DNA of 59,040 nt, counting the filler. It is 4 parts of 4 records of this genome, joined end to end, with 100 filler letters (N's around TTAATTAATTAA, not from the genome) between each part and the next. Parts side by side here need not be neighbours in the genome. Positions count along the whole stretch, not along the records: positions 1 to 16,437 come from SRR20825019_1666; 3 more parts are not named here. One strand, 5' to 3'. Shown here in pieces: positions 1 through 10,831 of the stretch. The position numbers were made by a program, and so were the translations under genes. Every line of letters starts with the position of its first letter. Positions within the stretch are counted from its first letter, which is position 1. The notes below the pieces were generated by a model. That model was not told the DNA's origin and ran no database searches. It saw nothing but the letters and a program-made list of their open reading frames with translations.

Positions 1-1
1 C

Positions 2-730
2 GACGTCCGGAGCATCCGCCTGCCGCGCCATGGCGCCTCCCTGCCCGTCGGGCTCGGGGTTTCCTGCTCCGCAGACCGTCAGTGCTTTGCCAAAATCACC
101 AAGGACGGCGTTTTCGTCGAGCGGCTGGAAACCGATCCAGCCAAGTACATGCCAGAGATCGATCCGAGCGAATTCGAGGGCGATGTCGTCAAGATCGACC
201 TCGGCCAGCCGATGGACGAGATCCGCAAGACGCTGAGCCAGTATCCGATCAAGACCCCGGTCTCCCTCTCCGGCACCATCATCGTTGCCCGCGACATCGC
301 GCATGCGAAGCTGAAGGAGCGGATCGACAGCGGCGAAGGCCTGCCGGATTACGTCAAGAACCACCCGATCTATTACGCTGGCCCGGCAAAGACGCCGGAA
401 GGTTATGCCTCCGGCTCCTTCGGCCCGACCACGGCCGGGCGGATGGATTCCTATGTCGATCCCTTCATGGCGGCCGGCGGCAGCTTCGTCATGCTGGCAA
501 AGGGCAACCGCTCTCCGCAGGTCCGTGAAGCCTGCAAAAAGTATGGCGGCTTTTATCTCGGTTCGGTCGGCGGGGCGGCGGCCAAGCTGGCGCTGAACAG
601 CATCAAGAAGGTCGAGGTTCAGGAATATCCGGAACTCGGCATGGAAGCGGTCTGGCGGATCGAGGTCGAGGATTTCCCGGCCTTTATCGTTACGGACGAC
701 AAGGGCAATGACTTCTTCTCAAACATCTGA
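2..730 (+). CDS. fumA: Class I (Fe-S) fumarate hydratase, 5'-truncated
   Basis: Frame is open from the window start: [22 protein letters not shown], then [32 protein letters not shown]...DDKGNDFF, all class I fumarase motifs. Confidence 0.93.
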   Translation, partial: DVRSIRLPRHGASLPVGLGVSCSADRQCFAKITKDGVFVERLETDPAKYMPEIDPSEFEGDVVKIDLGQPMDEIRKTLSQYPIKTPVSLSGTIIVARDIAHAKLKERIDSGEGLPDYVKNHPIYYAGPAKTPEGYASGSFGPTTAGRMDSYVDPFMAAGGSFVMLAKGNRSPQVREACKKYGGFYLGSVGGAAAKLALNSIKKVEVQEYPELGMEAVWRIEVEDFPAFIVTDDKGNDFFSNI

Positions 731-743
731 CGACCAGGCGCGC

Positions 744-1385
744 ATGGCAGCGCCCGATTTTCTCGTAAATGGGCCGGCGGATGCGCCGGCCTCTTTCGTT
801 CTGGCCCACGGCGCGGGTGCGCCGATGGACACGCCCTTCATGAACCAAGTCGCCGAAGGCATTGCCTCGGCAGGCTTCCGGGCCTTGCGTTTTGAATTCC
901 CCTATATGGCTGACAGGCGCACTGGCGGCAGCAAGCGGCCACCGGACCGGCAGCCCGTTCTGCTCGACACCTGGCGAAGCGTCATCGAGGCGGCGGCGGG
1001 AAATGGAGCTCTTGTGATCGGCGGTAAATCCATGGGCGGCCGCATGGCCAGCCTTGTCGCCGACGAGAGCGGTGTCGATGGGCTGATCTGCCTCGGCTAC
1101 CCGTTCCACCCTCCGGGCAAACCAGACAAACTCCGCACGGAACATCTGGAAAACATCACCTGCCCGACCCTGATCCTGCAGGGAGAGCGCGATCCTTTCG
1201 GCACCAGGCCGGAAGTCGAAAATTACCCTTTATCGGCAGCGATAACCATCGAATGGCTTCCGGATGGCAATCATGACCTGTCGCCCCGGAAAGCCTCCGG
1301 CCACACGGCTGCGTCAAACATGGCGGCAACGATTAATGCCGCGATAAAGTTTCTGGAATTGGTTGCCCACACCCCAAAGAGCTAG
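744..1385 (+). CDS. Alpha/beta hydrolase (KANL3/Tex30-like)
   Basis: LAHGAGAPMD, GGKSMGGR nucleophile elbow, LGYPFHPPGKP, QGERDPFG, DGNHDL. The ATG at 744 follows the fumarase stop. Confidence 0.88.
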   Translation: MAAPDFLVNGPADAPASFVLAHGAGAPMDTPFMNQVAEGIASAGFRALRFEFPYMADRRTGGSKRPPDRQPVLLDTWRSVIEAAAGNGALVIGGKSMGGRMASLVADESGVDGLICLGYPFHPPGKPDKLRTEHLENITCPTLILQGERDPFGTRPEVENYPLSAAITIEWLPDGNHDLSPRKASGHTAASNMAATINAAIKFLELVAHTPKS

Positions 1386-1396
1386 TGGCGAGCCAA

Positions 1397-1651
1397 TTAG
1401 TGGTGAGAGGGAGACCTGTCGTCGATTGCCGCGTTGATCAGCTCAGCCGGTGAAGGGATCTGTTTTTCCACAACGGGAAGCTGCAACTCGTCAGCGCTTG
1501 TGCGGTAGACGATATAGGCACTTGCCATCCAACCGCCAGCCACCACCGGACCGACCAGAACAACAGTCAAGGAGACAAGCGCGACCACGCGCATAACCGA
1601 CCGGAAAAACGCTTCCGCGACGCTGTCTTCTGTCTGTTCCCAAACGGCCAA
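1397..1651 (-). CDS. Small hypothetical membrane protein (start uncertain)
   Basis: 84-aa ORF with one hydrophobic stretch (VVALVSLTVVLVGPVVAGGWM); no recognised family. Confidence 0.35.
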   Translation of the reverse strand: MAVWEQTEDSVAEAFFRSVMRVVALVSLTVVLVGPVVAGGWMASAYIVYRTSADELQLPVVEKQIPSPAELINAAIDDRSPSHH

Positions 1652-2348
1652 TGATCAAACCCCACTTTGTGATGCGCCCTGCAAAGCAGTTGCAAGACCT
1701 CCTCACAATCAACAAGTGAACTCAACAATAGCAGAGAGAAACAGAATCCTCAATGCTATGTCGCAACACATTGCTGCAAGTACCACAAATTACACAATTT
1801 TCTACAACCGCCAACACCATAATCAAATTGTGCAAAACAATGCAATCCAGCGCATTGACAGTTATATTTTAAAGTTCTTGCAGAATTTTATTAACAAAAG
1901 ATAAGCGATAACCCCAAAAGCCAATCCATGTCTTAAGCGAAGGCACCCCCATCTCAACCGCCTAAAATCAACTTTTTGGCAACACTCAATGCGCATAAAT
2001 TGCGTCATGTTGACGTGGTTTCGATGTCTCTAAAGACATCAAGTACCGGCAGGCCCGCATCCAAAGCCTTCACGAAGGCAGCAAATTTCCACGAATAAGA
2101 TGGCGACTTCCGCGTTAATACCAGGCCAATTCGCGCCCGGTCAGCCCGGTTATGGGGAAGTCGAGTAACGGCATATCCGGCAAACCAGAAAAATCTCCCG
2201 GATATTATCCGCTAATTTCTGCCATATCCGGCTCATCTAAAAACCGATCACACCTTACAAATGCCCGAAGAAATGCTATATTTTAAGGTGGAACGACTAA
2301 TGTGCCGGATCAGATTGCTTGCGGCACCATCAACGAGAGCGTGTAGCC

Positions 2349-3170
2349 ATGGCTATCAACAACTCGATCAACACGAATGTCGGCGCCTTTTCGGCGCTGC
2401 GGAACCTGAATTCCGCGCAGAACGATCAGAGCCGCACCCAAAACCGGATTTCCACCGGTCAGAAAGTATCAGGCGCGCTGGATCAGGCATCCCTGTTTGC
2501 CATTGCCCAAAGCATCCGGGGCGAGCTCAGCGCCAATACGGCTCTGCAGCAGGGGCTGAACCAGACGTCAGGCGCGGTGAAAGTCGCGACTGCCGGCGCG
2601 ACGGCGATATCAAACCTGACCTCCGATATTCAGGGCAAGCTGGTCGAACTTTCCAATCCCGCCAACACGGCGGAGCAGCGGGGCATTCTGCAGAATGATC
2701 TGGATGCGCTTCTGGGGCAGGCTCAGGGCTTTGTCGACAACAGCACTTTCAACGGAACGAATTTGCTGGAGTCCGGCGCCGAGGATCTGAACACACTTCA
2801 GAACGGTGAAGGCGAAGTGCTGACGGTTTCGGGCCAGGGCTCCGTCGCGGACAGTCTCGCAGCGCTGGCTGCTGCCGATTTCAGCGATCCCGCTTCGGTT
2901 CTGGAAAATGAATTCACGGCCTTCCAGTCAGCCCTGAACAATTCCCTTGGCGAACTCGGGGCAAGTGGCCGCCGCATCACGGCGCAAAACGATCAGCTAC
3001 AGGGTATTGCGGATGCAACTGAGGAAGGCCTCGGAAACATCGTCGATGCCAATCTCGGACGGGAAGCCGCCCGGCTTGCGGCAGATCAGGCCCGCGGGCA
3101 ATTGAGCGCACTCTCGCTCGGCATTGCCAACCGCAGCCCGCAGGCTCTCCTCGGCCTGTTCCGCTCCTAA
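2349..3170 (+). CDS. Flagellin, short alphaproteobacterial type
   Basis: N-terminus SINTNVGAFSALRNL...RISTGQKV, STFNGTNLL, C-terminus GNIVDANLGREAARL...SLGIANRSPQALLGLFR. Confidence 0.92.
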   Translation: MAINNSINTNVGAFSALRNLNSAQNDQSRTQNRISTGQKVSGALDQASLFAIAQSIRGELSANTALQQGLNQTSGAVKVATAGATAISNLTSDIQGKLVELSNPANTAEQRGILQNDLDALLGQAQGFVDNSTFNGTNLLESGAEDLNTLQNGEGEVLTVSGQGSVADSLAALAAADFSDPASVLENEFTAFQSALNNSLGELGASGRRITAQNDQLQGIADATEEGLGNIVDANLGREAARLAADQARGQLSALSLGIANRSPQALLGLFRS

Positions 3171-3207
3171 CGGCTTCACGCCGCGTCCCAAACAGTAAAT
3201 TATAGAG

Positions 3208-3232
3208 AGCCCCGCCCTTCAGCGGGGCTTTT
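3208..3232. terminator. Rho-independent terminator between convergent flagellin and USP genes
   Basis: AGCCCCGC-ccttca-GCGGGGCT stem followed by a T-run. Confidence 0.8.
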
Positions 3233-3234
3233 GT

Positions 3235-3660
3235 TTAGCGGACGACCAGAACAGAACAGTTGGCGTGCCGCACCACCCGGGCCGCATTCGGCCCCAGCAG
3301 GTAATCCTTCAGCTCCGGACGGTGCGAGGCGATGATAATGAGGTCCGCATCGATCTCCTTCGCGGTCAGCAGCACCATCTCATAGACCGTGCCCTGACGA
3401 ACGATATGCTGCACCTGCATGCCTGATGGGACGCGCGCGGCCACCAATTCGTGCAGGCGCTTGTTCGCCTCCTTCATGACCTTTTCCACATGGTCCTTCG
3501 GGAAATACTGCCCAACGAGGCTCATTCCAAAGTCCGGCACCACAGTCATGACGGAAAGGGCCGCCCCGTGTGTCTCGGCATTGGAGATCGCCAGTGGCAG
3601 CGCCTTGCTCCAGGAGTCCTTGTCGTCCAGATCCACTGTCAAAAGGATGTGGTTGTACAT
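3235..3660 (-). CDS. Universal stress protein (TeaD-like, TRAP-associated)
   Basis: MYNHILLTVD...ADLIIIASHRP...LLGPNAARVVRHANCSVLVVR; directly downstream of the TRAP permease. Confidence 0.93.
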   Translation of the reverse strand: MYNHILLTVDLDDKDSWSKALPLAISNAETHGAALSVMTVVPDFGMSLVGQYFPKDHVEKVMKEANKRLHELVAARVPSGMQVQHIVRQGTVYEMVLLTAKEIDADLIIIASHRPELKDYLLGPNAARVVRHANCSVLVVR

Positions 3661-3672
3661 CTGTCTTTCCTC

Positions 3673-6273
3673 CTAAACAGCTTCAACGCGGCCGCGACGC
3701 GACCGCTGCAGGACGATGACCAGAACCATCAGACCAAGAGCAGGAATGAAGAACAGCTCCTTGGGCAGACGGTCCGCAGGCGTCATGACCTCCGTCACCT
3801 GCCAGTCAAAATCGATCCCGGCTTTTTCCGCGGGACTGCTGAAGCCGAGATTATCGACCATTGCCTTACCGTCTTCGAACCGCATTTCCAGTCCGGCGAC
3901 ATTTGCCAACCTGTCCGCCCCCGGACCGGCCTCGCCGAGCGGCAGCAGAACAGCCTTCGAGACAATGTCACCGTCGATGGTCTCCCCCTGAACCATCAAC
4001 CGTATATCGGAACCGGCCGGGATGGATTCGGCAACCTCATAGATCTTTGTCGGATCGTGCTGAACGAAGGGCGGGTCGATCTGGTCAAGCCAGAAGCCGG
4101 GCCGGAACAGGGTAAAGGCGACCAGCAGCAGAGCCGCGGATTCCCAGAGCCTGTTTTTCACCACCAGGAACATCTGCGTCGCCGAGGCGAACATCAGCAT
4201 CGCCAGAATTGCCGTGACCACGGTGATTATGAAATGCATCACCCCGTCTATTCCGATCATCAGAAGCTGTGTGTTGAAGATGAAGAGGAATGGCAGGATC
4301 GCCGTCCGGATATCGTAGGCGAAGCCCTGCAGGCCGGTCTTGATCGGATCGCCGCCCGATAGAGCGGCGGCGGCATAGGCCGCCAGCCCCACAGGTGGTG
4401 TATCATCCGCCAATATCCCGAAATAGAACACGAACAGATGCACCGCGATCAGCGGCAGGATCACCCCGGACTGGGCCGAGAGCGTAACGATCACCGGCGC
4501 CATCAATGAAGATACGACGATGTAGTTTGCTGTCGTCGGCAGGCCAAGCCCCAGTACCAGACAGATGAAAGCTGTGAAAATCAGCATCAGCATCAGATTG
4601 CCGGCGGAAACGAACTCGACGAACTCGGTCATCTTCTGGCCGAGCCCCGTCAGAGTCACAGCGCCGACAACAATACCGGCAACGGCAACCGCGACCCCGA
4701 TCGGAACCATGTTCCGTGCGCCGGAGACCAGGCCTTCATAGAGCTCACTCCGCCCCATGCCGAGCGCAGCGAAATCGATGCCCTCACCCCGGAAAAACGC
4801 CTTGCCTGCCCGATGGGTGAGCGCGACGAAAAGCATGACAACCGAGGTCCAGAAAGCCGCGAGCCCCGGAGAAAAACGCTCCACGATCAAACACCAGACC
4901 AGCACACCGATCGGCAGCAGGAAATACAGGCCGGACATCAGGGTTGGCCGCATTTCGGGGCACTCGGTCATCTCCTCCAGATCCTCCGGACGCCCGTCCT
5001 CGTAGGTGGCCCCCAGTTTCAACAGAAATGCATAAGCAACCAGCAATACGATCGATGCAATGTAGATTGTCCCGTCACCAAACACGTCCTTGGTCCAGGC
5101 AAACCCGAAATAGGTGACAGCCATCAGGACGAGGAAGCCGACCAGCACGGTTGCCGTACTGAAAATCTTGGCGAGGACCGTCCGCCCCCGCCCAGCCGAA
5201 GAGCGCGGGAGACCAACCATACCGGCTTTCACGGCTTCAAGATGGACGATGTAAACCAGCGCAATGTAGGAAATGATTGCCGGCAGAAAGGCGTGCTTCA
5301 TGATTTCCACGAGGTCGATGCCGACCCGCTCAATCATGATGAAGGCGGCTGCGCCCATGACAGGCGGCGTGAGCTGCCCGTTGGTCGAGGAAGCGACCTC
5401 CACGGCGCCAGCCTTCTCGGCCGGGAAACCGGTGCGCTTCATCAGCGGAATGGTAAAGGCGCCCGTGGTCACAACGTTGGCAAGGGAGGAGCCGGAAATC
5501 AGGCCGGTCATGGCCGAGGAGACAACCGAAGCCTTGGCAGGGCCGCCCCGCATATGGCCGACCAGCGCAATGGAAAGCTTGGTCAGGTAGATGCCGGCGC
5601 CAGACTTGTCCATCAGGGCACCGAACAGCACGAACAGGAAAATGAAGGAGGTCGATACACCAACCCCGATACCGAACACGCCTTCCTGGGTGATCCAGAG
5701 ATGCGACATCGCCTTTTGGAAGGACGCCCCCTTCCACGCAATGATGTCCGGCCCGTACTGACCGAAGAAGATGTAGACGAGGAAGACCATCGCGACGGCC
5801 ATCAGCGGCACGCCAAGAGAGCGCCGGGTGGCCTCCAGCAGCAGTACAAGACCTATACCTGCCGTCACAATGTCCGCTGTCGTCGGGATCCCCATGCGGC
5901 CGGCGAGATCGTCGGCTTCAACGACCAGATAAAGGATGCAGACCGAAGAGACGATCGCGAACAGCCAGTCCGTAACCGGTACGCTGCGGCGCGGTGAATT
6001 CTTAAATGCAGGGTAGGACAGGAAGGCCAGAACCACGGCGAAACAAAGGTGAATTGGCCGGGTCTGCGTGTTGTTCATCAAAGGGATAAAGTCAGCCAGC
6101 AAGTAGGGCAGCGGCGACGCGATCCAGAGCTGAAACAGGGACCAGGCCAACGCACCGAGTGCGATCCCCAGCCCGACCATTCCCGGCACGGTACGTGCGC
6201 CCGTGTCAACGGCTGCAACCAGATCTTCAGCCGCCTGGCGCGCGGATTTCGACTCTGCCGTATCGTTGCTCAT
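3673..6273 (-). CDS. TRAP transporter fused 4TM/12TM permease (TAXI type)
   Basis: GGPAKASVVSS, SGSSLANVVTTG, GQLTPPVMGAAAF, GLPTTANY, ADDTPPVGLA. The start is probably MSNDTAES (6273, preceded by GAGGAGG) rather than 6372. Confidence 0.93.
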   Translation of the reverse strand: MSNDTAESKSARQAAEDLVAAVDTGARTVPGMVGLGIALGALAWSLFQLWIASPLPYLLADFIPLMNNTQTRPIHLCFAVVLAFLSYPAFKNSPRRSVPVTDWLFAIVSSVCILYLVVEADDLAGRMGIPTTADIVTAGIGLVLLLEATRRSLGVPLMAVAMVFLVYIFFGQYGPDIIAWKGASFQKAMSHLWITQEGVFGIGVGVSTSFIFLFVLFGALMDKSGAGIYLTKLSIALVGHMRGGPAKASVVSSAMTGLISGSSLANVVTTGAFTIPLMKRTGFPAEKAGAVEVASSTNGQLTPPVMGAAAFIMIERVGIDLVEIMKHAFLPAIISYIALVYIVHLEAVKAGMVGLPRSSAGRGRTVLAKIFSTATVLVGFLVLMAVTYFGFAWTKDVFGDGTIYIASIVLLVAYAFLLKLGATYEDGRPEDLEEMTECPEMRPTLMSGLYFLLPIGVLVWCLIVERFSPGLAAFWTSVVMLFVALTHRAGKAFFRGEGIDFAALGMGRSELYEGLVSGARNMVPIGVAVAVAGIVVGAVTLTGLGQKMTEFVEFVSAGNLMLMLIFTAFICLVLGLGLPTTANYIVVSSLMAPVIVTLSAQSGVILPLIAVHLFVFYFGILADDTPPVGLAAYAAAALSGGDPIKTGLQGFAYDIRTAILPFLFIFNTQLLMIGIDGVMHFIITVVTAILAMLMFASATQMFLVVKNRLWESAALLLVAFTLFRPGFWLDQIDPPFVQHDPTKIYEVAESIPAGSDIRLMVQGETIDGDIVSKAVLLPLGEAGPGADRLANVAGLEMRFEDGKAMVDNLGFSSPAEKAGIDFDWQVTEVMTPADRLPKELFFIPALGLMVLVIVLQRSRRGRVEAV

Positions 6274-6413
6274 ATAGCCCCCTCCTCGCGCATCCTCGGG
6301 TGGGATGCGTCCGCCCTCAGACACATAGCCGCGCGCATAACGCGCCGTTCCCGGTTCATCTGGCAGACCCATTGAACAGGGCCGCCGGTAATTTTTCAGT
6401 CACTCACAAGCAG

Positions 6414-6439
6414 GAAGGGAGAGGTCGCCCTCTCCCTTC
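6414..6439 (-). terminator. Intra-operon stem-loop after the TAXI receptor gene
   Basis: GAAGGGAGAGG-tcgc-CCTCTCCCTTC, a perfect 11-bp stem about 11 nt past the stop. Confidence 0.65.
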
Positions 6440-6450
6440 TTCCGGCTGAA

Positions 6451-7434
6451 TTACATCCAGCCTTTTTCTTTGTAGTACTTCGCGGCACCGCCATGGATCG
6501 GAGCGGACAGGCCGTCCTTCACCATTTCGGATTCCTTCAGATGACCGAAGGCCGGGTGCAGCTTCTTGAAGTCGCCGAAGTTTTCGAAAACCGCTTTCAC
6601 GACTTCATAGACCACGTCGTCGGAAACGGCGGTCGAGCTGACGAAGGTCGCGCCGACACCGAAGGTGTTCACGTCTTCCGGATTGCTGGAATACATGCCG
6701 CCCGGAATGGTCGCCTTACGATAGTAGGGATTGTCGGCAACCAGCTTGTCGATGGCCGGACCGGTCGCATTGACCAGAACCGCGCCACAGGAGGCCACGG
6801 ATTCCTTGGTCAGGGCCGACGGATGGCCGACGAGCCAGAAATAGGCGTCGATCTTGTTGTCGCACAGCGCCTGCCCGGTTTCGGCAGACTTCAGCTCAGC
6901 AGCAAGCTTGAGATCGCTGCGATCCCAACCGAGAGCTTCTTCCATCACTTCCCAGGTGCCACGGGTACCGGAACCGGCATTACCGATATTCACCCGCTTG
7001 CCCTTGAGATCCGTGACATTCTTGATACCGCCATCCGCACGGGCAAGAATCGTGACCGGCTCGGCATGGACGGAAAAGACAGCACGAAGATCCTTGAACT
7101 CACCGGCATCTTCGAACTTCGAGGTGCCGTTATAGGCATGGTACTGCCAGTCGGACTGAGCAACGCCCATGTCCAGCTCGCCGGCCCGGATGGTGTTGAT
7201 GTTGTAGATCGAGCCACCGGTCGATTCGACGGAGCAACGGATACCGTGCTCCTTGCGGCCCTTGTTCACAAGGCGGCAAATGGCGCCACCCGTCGGGTAG
7301 TAAACACCCGTCACACCGCCGGTACCGATGGTGATGAATTGCTGTTCCGCAGCGCTGGCGCCCTGCGTTGCTCCGACGAGCGATGCGCCAGCCACCAGGG
7401 CCGCTGCAAAGCCAAACGTGAAAGCCCGTTTCAT
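6451..7434 (-). CDS. TAXI family TRAP solute-binding protein
   Basis: Signal peptide, [50 protein letters not shown]. Confidence 0.94.
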   Translation of the reverse strand: MKRAFTFGFAAALVAGASLVGATQGASAAEQQFITIGTGGVTGVYYPTGGAICRLVNKGRKEHGIRCSVESTGGSIYNINTIRAGELDMGVAQSDWQYHAYNGTSKFEDAGEFKDLRAVFSVHAEPVTILARADGGIKNVTDLKGKRVNIGNAGSGTRGTWEVMEEALGWDRSDLKLAAELKSAETGQALCDNKIDAYFWLVGHPSALTKESVASCGAVLVNATGPAIDKLVADNPYYRKATIPGGMYSSNPEDVNTFGVGATFVSSTAVSDDVVYEVVKAVFENFGDFKKLHPAFGHLKESEMVKDGLSAPIHGGAAKYYKEKGWM

Positions 7435-7767
7435 GAAGCCTCCTCCAAGAGAATTCGTGGTTTAAATTTACCTGCGTTCTACAGCTTCGTTTTGTCAGAC
7501 AAATAAAGCCTGAACAGGATCCGGATGCGCTCCCATGCGTATCTCGTATCAAAGCCATTGGGTCACAGACCTACCCCATGAACTATGCCCTGCAAGAGAG
7601 ACAAAGGTCAATCAAGTCTAAGACACTGAAAAACAACAATTTACTCAAGGAATTTTGTATACAATAGGCAATTTAGGCGAAGGCATATTGAATGCTGCAG
7701 TGCGGTCATCCCACATGGCCTGAACGCTATTCCGATTCCCCCTAAACGCTATTGCCCGCAGGGTTTC

Positions 7768-9096
7768 CTAACGGGCTTCCAGGGCGCTTTCCACCGCCGC
7801 CCCCAGCTTCTCGACAATCTCCGCCACGTGGCTGTCGTCGATGATAAAGGGCGGGGCCAGCAGGATATGATCGCCGACACGGCCGTCGATGGTGCCGCCC
7901 ATCGGGTAACACATCAGCCCGCTCGCCATGGCATTGGCCTTTATCTTCGCGTGGAGCTTCAGGCTCGGGTCGAAGGATTGCTTGCTCGCCCTGTCCTCAA
8001 CCAGCTCGATGCCTATGAAGAGACCACGGCCGCGAATATCGCCGACATGGGGATGATTACCGAAGCGCTCCTCAAGGGCTGATTTCAGTTTCTCCCCCAT
8101 GATCCGGACTTTTTCCAGCAGACCGTCTTCCTCGATAACCTGCTGTACCGCGAGCGCCCCGGCGCAGGCCGCCGGATGGCCCATATAGGTGTGGCCGTGC
8201 TGGAAAAACCCGCTGCCGTCGCGAATCGCCTCGAAGACTTTCTTCGAGACCAAAGTCGCTCCGATCGGCTGATATCCGGCACCAAGCCCCTTGGCGATGG
8301 TCAGCAGATCCGGCGCGACACCGTCTTCCTCGCAGGCAAAGAGATAGCCCGTGCGCCCCATGCCGCACATGACTTCGTCAAAGATCAGCAAAACACCATG
8401 GCGATCGCAAATCTCGCGTATCCGCTTCAGATAACCGGGGACAGGAGGCACCGCACCAAGGGTAGCACCGACAACCGGCTCGCAAACGAAAGCAGCGACC
8501 GTTTCCGCCCCATGCTCCCTGATGGCCGCATCCAGCTCGTCCGCGACCCTCTCGCCGAAAGTTTCCTCGTTCTCGTCATCCTGCCGGCCACGATAGGCGA
8601 AGCACGGAGAGACGTGGGTCGCGTCGATCAGCAATGGGCGGAACTGCTCACGCCGCCATTCGTTGCCACCAACCGCCAGCGCGCCGAGCGTGTTGCCGTG
8701 ATAGCTCTGCTTGCGGGCGATAATCTTGTGCCGCTCCGGCTGGCCAATCTCCACGAAGTACTGGCGGGCCATTTTCAGCGCCGCCTCGATAGCTTCGGAG
8801 CCGCCAGAGACAAAGTAGACCCGATCGAGATCGCCCGGCGCGCGTGCGATCAGGTGATCCGCCAGACGCTCCATCGGCTCGTTCGAGAAGAAACCGCTAT
8901 GGGCGAAGGGGATTTCGTCCAGCTGCGCCTTGATCGCATCGATCACGCGCTTGTCGCTATGTCCAAGACAGGACACGGCGGCACCGCCACTGGCATCGAG
9001 GTAGCTCTTGCCGTCCGTATCCTTGATGTAAACACCCTCGCCGCTCGCCGCGACGGGATAGGAGGCGACAGCACTGCGATGAAAGACGTGGTTCAT
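7768..9096 (-). CDS. Class III PLP-dependent aminotransferase
   Basis: YLDASGGAAVSCLGH, SGGSEAIE, SYHGNT, IFDEVMCGMGRTG, DLLTIAKGLGAGY, HGHTY. Confidence 0.93.
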   Translation of the reverse strand: MNHVFHRSAVASYPVAASGEGVYIKDTDGKSYLDASGGAAVSCLGHSDKRVIDAIKAQLDEIPFAHSGFFSNEPMERLADHLIARAPGDLDRVYFVSGGSEAIEAALKMARQYFVEIGQPERHKIIARKQSYHGNTLGALAVGGNEWRREQFRPLLIDATHVSPCFAYRGRQDDENEETFGERVADELDAAIREHGAETVAAFVCEPVVGATLGAVPPVPGYLKRIREICDRHGVLLIFDEVMCGMGRTGYLFACEEDGVAPDLLTIAKGLGAGYQPIGATLVSKKVFEAIRDGSGFFQHGHTYMGHPAACAGALAVQQVIEEDGLLEKVRIMGEKLKSALEERFGNHPHVGDIRGRGLFIGIELVEDRASKQSFDPSLKLHAKIKANAMASGLMCYPMGGTIDGRVGDHILLAPPFIIDDSHVAEIVEKLGAAVESALEAR

Positions 9097-9177
9097 GCCG
9101 GAGACTTTCGATTGGAGCTTCAGATCGGATTATTCCAACACTGCTCCTGCGGTCCGTATCCGGTCAAGCCGTCCGAA

Positions 9178-9825
9178 TCAGAGTTCGGCAACACTCTTCA
9201 GCGTCCAGCCGACGATCTTTTTCATCACGTTGCCAAGCGCCAGATCGAAGGACTTCACGATGTTGTCCATCTTGTTGTCCGGCGCCTCCCGCATCGTTTC
9301 GAAAGAGTGCGAGGCGACGATGATCCGCTGCGGGATTTTCACCAGCTTGCAATTAATCCTGACACGGATTTTCGGGACGGTTGCGCCATAGAGATATTCC
9401 GCCTGGAACTCACGCAGTTCCGTCTGTAATTCATAATCGCTCCGCAGGCCGACGCCGCTGCGGCCAACCCCAACAATTTTCTCAGAGTTCTCAAAAGACT
9501 CGACCAGCAGCCGGTACACCATGGACGGCGCCGTATCGATCCATTTGGCCCGGGCGAAATAATCCATCGTCAACTCGCCTCGCATGACAGCGATCTGGGA
9601 GGAATTGAGACCGGCCGGAGCAAGCGGCGGTTCGATCCCAAGCTGCAATGGCACATTCGGGATATCGCTGTCGAAAGTGCTTTTCGGCGACAACCGGTAG
9701 AGTTGCGAGGGCGGCGGCAGCGTTGGAAGCACACCACAGGCGGAGACAGCGGCGGCTGGCAATGCCGCCCCGGCGAGGGCAAGCAACCGGCGGCGGCTCA
9801 GGCAGGGGGCGTTTTGCTCACTCAT
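9178..9825 (-). CDS. ABC-type transport auxiliary lipoprotein (PqiC-like)
   Basis: Lipobox VSAC, ARAKWIDTAP, YELQTELREFQA; last gene of the mce operon. Confidence 0.85.
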   Translation of the reverse strand: MSEQNAPCLSRRRLLALAGAALPAAAVSACGVLPTLPPPSQLYRLSPKSTFDSDIPNVPLQLGIEPPLAPAGLNSSQIAVMRGELTMDYFARAKWIDTAPSMVYRLLVESFENSEKIVGVGRSGVGLRSDYELQTELREFQAEYLYGATVPKIRVRINCKLVKIPQRIIVASHSFETMREAPDNKMDNIVKSFDLALGNVMKKIVGWTLKSVAEL

Positions 9826-10811
9826 TAATCTGTCTCCACACCTTTGTGTCTGTTGCCGAAGAGAATACGCGCCGGATCCGCCTCGACCTGGCGCACCAGA
9901 CGGTCAAGGTCGTTCATCAGCTGCCGCCCTTCGACAAGGAATTCCGTCAGCTCGTAAAGCCCCGTGACCGCGAAATCGTTCACGGCCTCGCGATTGTCCG
10001 AAATCAATGCCGCTGCCTCTCCCGAAGCCTTGCCTATATTCTGCAACGTGTTGCGCAAATCCACCGAGACAGCCGAGAGCTCCGCATCCACCGCCGTCAC
10101 CGTGCCCCGCGTCGTCGCCATGGTCTGGGAAATCTCCTCGCTCATCACCGCGATATCACCGCCGACCTGGCTCACCGTCTGGTCCAGCACCAGCATGGTT
10201 GAATGGGCATTCGCGATGATCTCCTCGATCTCCGTGCTGCGGTTGGCAAGGATACCGGAAACGCTTTCAAGGTTTTTCAGCGTGTTCTCGATGGATGCGC
10301 GGTTTTTGTCATTCATCAGCTGATTGGCCCGGTTCACCAGAACAACAAGCTGCGAGGCGATTTCCGGCGCGGCCTGGGCCACTTCCTGCAGAATTGATGA
10401 TCGGGATTCCAGCACCGGCACATCGTCGCCCGGGCGGGCGGCCAGAAGCGGCGCGTCGTTCGAGCCGCCGGCAAGCTGGATATAGCCGACACCGGTCAAC
10501 CCCTGACTCTCCAGGATGGCATAAACGTCCTGCTTGATCGGAACCTTCCCGTCGAGTTCGACGCGGACCCGGATGATCTCGACATTGTCCGGATCGATAG
10601 AGATATCCGTCACCTGCCCAACCGGAATGCCCCGGTAGCGGACCGGACTGCCAACCGAGAGACCCGTCACCTGCTCCTCGAACTCGATCACGTAAGTCGA
10701 GACATCCCGGTTCAGCTCGACCTTGCCGAGCCAGATCACGAACCCCATTCCGGCCGCGAACATCGCGAAGACGAAGACTCCGACGACGACATAGCTTGCG
10801 CGTGTTTCCAT
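9825..10811 (-). CDS. mlaD: MlaD/MCE family protein with long helical C-terminus
   Basis: METRASYVVVGVFV, VTGLSVGSPVRYRGIPVGQV, QGLTGVGYIQL. Confidence 0.9.
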   Translation of the reverse strand: METRASYVVVGVFVFAMFAAGMGFVIWLGKVELNRDVSTYVIEFEEQVTGLSVGSPVRYRGIPVGQVTDISIDPDNVEIIRVRVELDGKVPIKQDVYAILESQGLTGVGYIQLAGGSNDAPLLAARPGDDVPVLESRSSILQEVAQAAPEIASQLVVLVNRANQLMNDKNRASIENTLKNLESVSGILANRSTEIEEIIANAHSTMLVLDQTVSQVGGDIAVMSEEISQTMATTRGTVTAVDAELSAVSVDLRNTLQNIGKASGEAAALISDNREAVNDFAVTGLYELTEFLVEGRQLMNDLDRLVRQVEADPARILFGNRHKGVETD

Positions 10812-10831
10812 GGCAGTTCCGTCTCCCTCCC

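Noticed and set aside
1977-1992. Sigma54-like TGGC...TGC upstream of flagellin
   Set aside because: GG-to-GC spacing is 11 rather than 10, and it lies about 360 nt from the start.
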